The translations under genes were made by a program, and so were the position numbers. Below, piece by piece: positions 60,999 through 64,000 of a DNA stretch of 64,000 bases (position 1 is the first letter of the stretch; the number at the start of each line of letters is the position of its first letter). This DNA is from an uncultured Chloroflexia bacterium (GTDB taxonomy: Bacteria > Chloroflexota > Dehalococcoidia > DSTF01 > JALHUB01): positions 224,001 through 288,000 of the forward strand of contig OY969814.1 of NCBI GenBank assembly GCA_963703345.1, written 5' to 3'. The notes under the pieces were generated by a model. The model did not search any database. It saw only the letters and a list, made by a program, of their open reading frames with translations, and was not told the DNA's origin.

Positions 60999-61821
60999 GG
61001 TCTTCCTTCTGAAGCGTCGCGATGACGACGTCCGCTGCCGAAGGAAGGCGCGAGGCCAGCCGGTTGACGACGCGGAAGACGGCGGCGGAAGCGCGGAACG
61101 GCAGCGCCTCCAGGAGCTCGCGCCACGGCGGCAGGAACAGGAACATCGACACGCCTCGCGCGCGGGCGAGTCGCAACCGGCCATTGCCGAGGCCCGTCAG
61201 TAGACGATAGCTGCCGACGAAGGTGTGGTCGCTCGGGATGCGCCAGAATTGGTAGCGCTCCGGCGTCTCGATGCGGAGGGCGCGGCTGAGGTCGTGCATC
61301 GCCTGGCCGATGCGGCAGGATATGCTCTCGTAATTGGCCAGGGCGACGACGAAGTGACCGCCGGGCTTGAGCACGCGCGCCACCTCGCTGACGAAGGCAT
61401 CTCTGTCGGCGAAGTGGTCCATGGCGCCCTGGCACATCACGACGTCGAAGGAACCGCTGCGGAAGGGGAGCGCTTCGGCGACGCCGCGGGTGAGACGCAC
61501 CCGCTTGTGCACCTGATAGAAGCGGAACTGGCCGAGGCGCAACATCTGGTCGGAGGCGTCGATCCCGTACGCCTTCCAGCCGCTGATAGCGAGTCGCGCC
61601 GCCTGCATCCCCAGCCCGCAGCCGACGTCGAGCAGGCGCAGAGGCCCGTTGCCGTTCAGGCGCTGCACGGCTTCGAAGACGGCCCTCTCGGTGCGATGGA
61701 GGTAGAAGGAGGTCTGGCGGTCGTTGAAGACGGTGAACTGCTCGATGCTATAGTCGGTGTCGGGCCTGACGGCTTGCATCCTGCGTGGCCTTTCCGCGGG
61801 TTCAGGAGACGAATTTACCAT
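60910..61821 (-). CDS. class I SAM-dependent methyltransferase
   Basis: LLDVGCG.G, GIDAS, AEALPF..SFDVV, RVLKPGG. Confidence 0.9.
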   Translation of the reverse strand: MVNSSPEPAERPRRMQAVRPDTDYSIEQFTVFNDRQTSFYLHRTERAVFEAVQRLNGNGPLRLLDVGCGLGMQAARLAISGWKAYGIDASDQMLRLGQFRFYQVHKRVRLTRGVAEALPFRSGSFDVVMCQGAMDHFADRDAFVSEVARVLKPGGHFVVALANYESISCRIGQAMHDLSRALRIETPERYQFWRIPSDHTFVGSYRLLTGLGNGRLRLARARGVSMFLFLPPWRELLEALPFRASAAVFRVVNRLASRLPSAADVVIATLQKEDLSDLLRLRQDARGNGKRRSIAVPACPPRR

Positions 61822-61925
61822 TTATCGAATGGAATCGCAAACCGAGCGGAAGATTGCGTCGGAGTCTTGCGCCGTCCACCGGTGTCGACGCATACTGGCA
61901 GCGAGATCGAATGCGGAGGGAGACG

Positions 61926-62411
61926 ATGAAGTTCGACGTGGTGCAAACAGATCTTGGCTGGATGGGCATCGGTTTGAGCGAGCGTGGCCTGCGGACGACG
62001 ACGTTGCCGGTGGCGACGCGCGAGGCGGCGGAGGAGGAGATGCGCCTTCGCGGCGCAGCGACACCGGCGGCGGATGCCGGCGACTGGCCGGAGCGGCTAC
62101 GAAGCTGCGCGCGGGGGGATGATTGGTCGCCCAACGGCGACATCGATCTATCGCAGGGAACGGAGTTTCAGCGCCGCGTCTGGCGGGCGCTCCTCGACAT
62201 CCCACACGGTGAGACGCGAACGTACAAGCAGATTGCTGAGCAGATCGGTCGGCCGCGGGCGGCGCGGGCCGTCGGGCAGGCCGTTGGCGCGAATCCTTTG
62301 CCGATCGTCGTGCCGTGTCACCGGGTCGTTGCGCAAAACGGGCTCGGCGGCTTCGGCGGCGGCCTGGCGATGAAGAAGAGGCTGCTGCGGCTGGAGGGTG
62401 CGACTTCCTAG
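61926..62411 (+). CDS. ogt: methylated-DNA--protein-cysteine methyltransferase
   Basis: GTEFQRRVW, IPHGET.TY, ARAVG, NPLPIVVPCHRV. Confidence 0.95.
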   Translation: MKFDVVQTDLGWMGIGLSERGLRTTTLPVATREAAEEEMRLRGAATPAADAGDWPERLRSCARGDDWSPNGDIDLSQGTEFQRRVWRALLDIPHGETRTYKQIAEQIGRPRAARAVGQAVGANPLPIVVPCHRVVAQNGLGGFGGGLAMKKRLLRLEGATS

Positions 62412-62445
62412 CAGACGCGACGGCCATGCTCCCCGTCAGGGCGTC

Positions 62446-62676
62446 CTAGAGCGGCTCGATGCGTATCGTTCCGCCCATCTTCTCTCTGAGGACGGCGGCT
62501 GCTTCTTCGTGGCGCTCCTCCGGCACGATCACGCGACAACTCCCGGGCGAGACGCCGAGGAAAGAGACGGCGTCAGACGGCTGGATCATCGCCGGGATGC
62601 CCGCTCCGCGCAGGAGCTCACACCACATCTCGGCCGTGAGTTGATCGGGCGCTGTGGCCAGGTTCTTCCACTTCAC
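62446..62676 (-). CDS. DUF2007-like small protein
   Basis: W..LATAPDQLTAEMWCELLRGAGIPA...VIVPEE...A..L. Confidence 0.7.
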   Translation of the reverse strand: MKWKNLATAPDQLTAEMWCELLRGAGIPAMIQPSDAVSFLGVSPGSCRVIVPEERHEEAAAVLREKMGGTIRIEPL

Positions 62677-62786
62677 TGACAGTTTCTCCGCGCGCTTTAC
62701 AGCACGGCTACGAGCGCCTTCGCTCCCGCCATAGATGTTTGCACGCGGAAGAGCGTCGGGCAAGGGGCAGTAGAGCGAGAGAGAGT

Positions 62787-64000
62787 CTACGCCCTCGCCT
62801 GGCGTCGCCAGAGCACGCCGCCCGCCAGGACGAGAACGACGACGAGCGACACCATCCGATGGGCGAAGACGGTCATGCGGGCGTCCTGCATCAGGTCGGC
62901 GGGCAGCCCGGCCAGCGATAAGGCATGCCGCACGAGGAGAAACGGCGTTTGTAGCGCTGGAAATTCCCAGGCGGCAAAGCCGGCGAGGAAGAGCCCCGCG
63001 ATGGCGGCGAACCAGAGCACTGCCGCCGGGACGACTCGCAGCCACTGCAGACGACGCGGCAGCAGCAATGAGGGGATGCCGTCGGGCGAAAACGCCGTGA
63101 GGACCGCGAGCGTCGTGGCTAGCAGTCCACTCTGATAGATGAAAAAGCTGTCTTCGCAGCGGGTCGGAGCGAACTTTTTCTTGAAGCGGTTCAGCAGTCG
63201 GAAGCTGTAGACGACGTCGGCGCAGCTGTAGCAGGCGGCGGCCAGCGTCCGCGCCAGACGGAATCGGCCGTAGGGCTGCTTGCCCGCGGCGCCCTGTAGA
63301 GGCGCGACGCCGAGGCTGAAGAAGGAATAGCCCTCGCGGCGGGCTGCTTCGCGGGCGGCATCGATCAACAGCTCGCTGGTGCCGAAGGGGGCATCGGAGC
63401 GTCGCAGCAACTCCTCGACGAGCATCATCATGCGGGCGCGCGCCGGCGAGCAGACGATTACACCGACGATGCGACCGTCGTGCCTGGCGGTGAATATCTG
63501 CTTCTCGTCTCGCAGAGCCAAGGGGCGAGAGCGCAGGAGGAAGGCCAGCGGCGGCCCCTTGCGCGTGCTCAGCCATTCGGCCGCCACTTCCTCGATCTCG
63601 GCATCTGCGGCCGGCGATGGCTCCAGGTACGCTTCGACGCGGACGCCGCTGCGCCGTGCGCGGTTGATCGCCCAGCGCGCTCGCTTGGCACGGTCCCCCC
63701 GCGGCAACGGCTGCGACAGGTCGAACAGGGGCTCCTCGCCCACCTTCACCGGCTTCAGCCCAAGCTGAGACGAGGCGCTCGCGACGCGGTCCGTCGCGCC
63801 GACGAAGGCGAAACGCCAGCGGTGAGTCTGACAGTAAGCGACGAAGGCGGTCAGCAGGGCCGGGAGGTCCGATTCGGCGCAGACGAGATCGCCACAGGCA
63901 ACGGCGACGCGGCGGTGCAGCTCGAAGGCGACGAAGCCGTCGATATCGGGCGATTCGAAGTAGCGCCAGCCGTCGTACAGCGTCAGGAGCGCCAGCCCGT
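62787..64000 (-). CDS. DUF2156 / aminoacyl-phosphatidylglycerol synthase catalytic domain with C-terminal TMs, 5'-truncated by window edge
   Basis: Frame is open to the window end: AVACGDLV, KVGEE, RRSDAPFGTSELLI, FSLGVAPL, YSFRLLNRFKKKF.P. Confidence 0.85.
   Translation of the reverse strand, partial: GLALLTLYDGWRYFESPDIDGFVAFELHRRVAVACGDLVCAESDLPALLTAFVAYCQTHRWRFAFVGATDRVASASSQLGLKPVKVGEEPLFDLSQPLPRGDRAKRARWAINRARRSGVRVEAYLEPSPAADAEIEEVAAEWLSTRKGPPLAFLLRSRPLALRDEKQIFTARHDGRIVGVIVCSPARARMMMLVEELLRRSDAPFGTSELLIDAAREAARREGYSFFSLGVAPLQGAAGKQPYGRFRLARTLAAACYSCADVVYSFRLLNRFKKKFAPTRCEDSFFIYQSGLLATTLAVLTAFSPDGIPSLLLPRRLQWLRVVPAAVLWFAAIAGLFLAGFAAWEFPALQTPFLLVRHALSLAGLPADLMQDARMTVFAHRMVSLVVVLVLAGGVLWRRQARA

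Overview
GC-rich bacterial chromosome segment, probably Chloroflexota (Dehalococcoidia-like; inferred from gene content only). Mostly housekeeping: T-box-controlled ileS, proB/proA, rdgB, folC, fabF, galE, hom/thrC, rpsF-ssb-rpsR, malic enzyme, tyrA-aroA-gmk, a complete F1Fo ATP synthase operon, murA, mreB, rex, ogt and a canonical tRNA-Arg(UCU). Three small accessory patches lie at about 7.3-8.5 kb, 22.4-23.8 kb and 27.5-30.3 kb. The most unusual observation is a fully folded 76-nt tRNA at 22578-22653 with arginine identity elements but a serine-reading GCU anticodon and C33. Other leads: a GNAT/MshA-like/amidohydrolase/2H-phosphoesterase operon (possible non-canonical mycothiol-like pathway), an RX4H+TM two-gene module behind an operator and structured leader, a papain-like protease carrying both cohesin and dockerin, GVHH-type IleRS, Cys-to-Asp MurA, a moaA-moaC deletion scar, and two genes that seem to need CTG starts. 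All family assignments come from motif recognition by eye; no searches were run.
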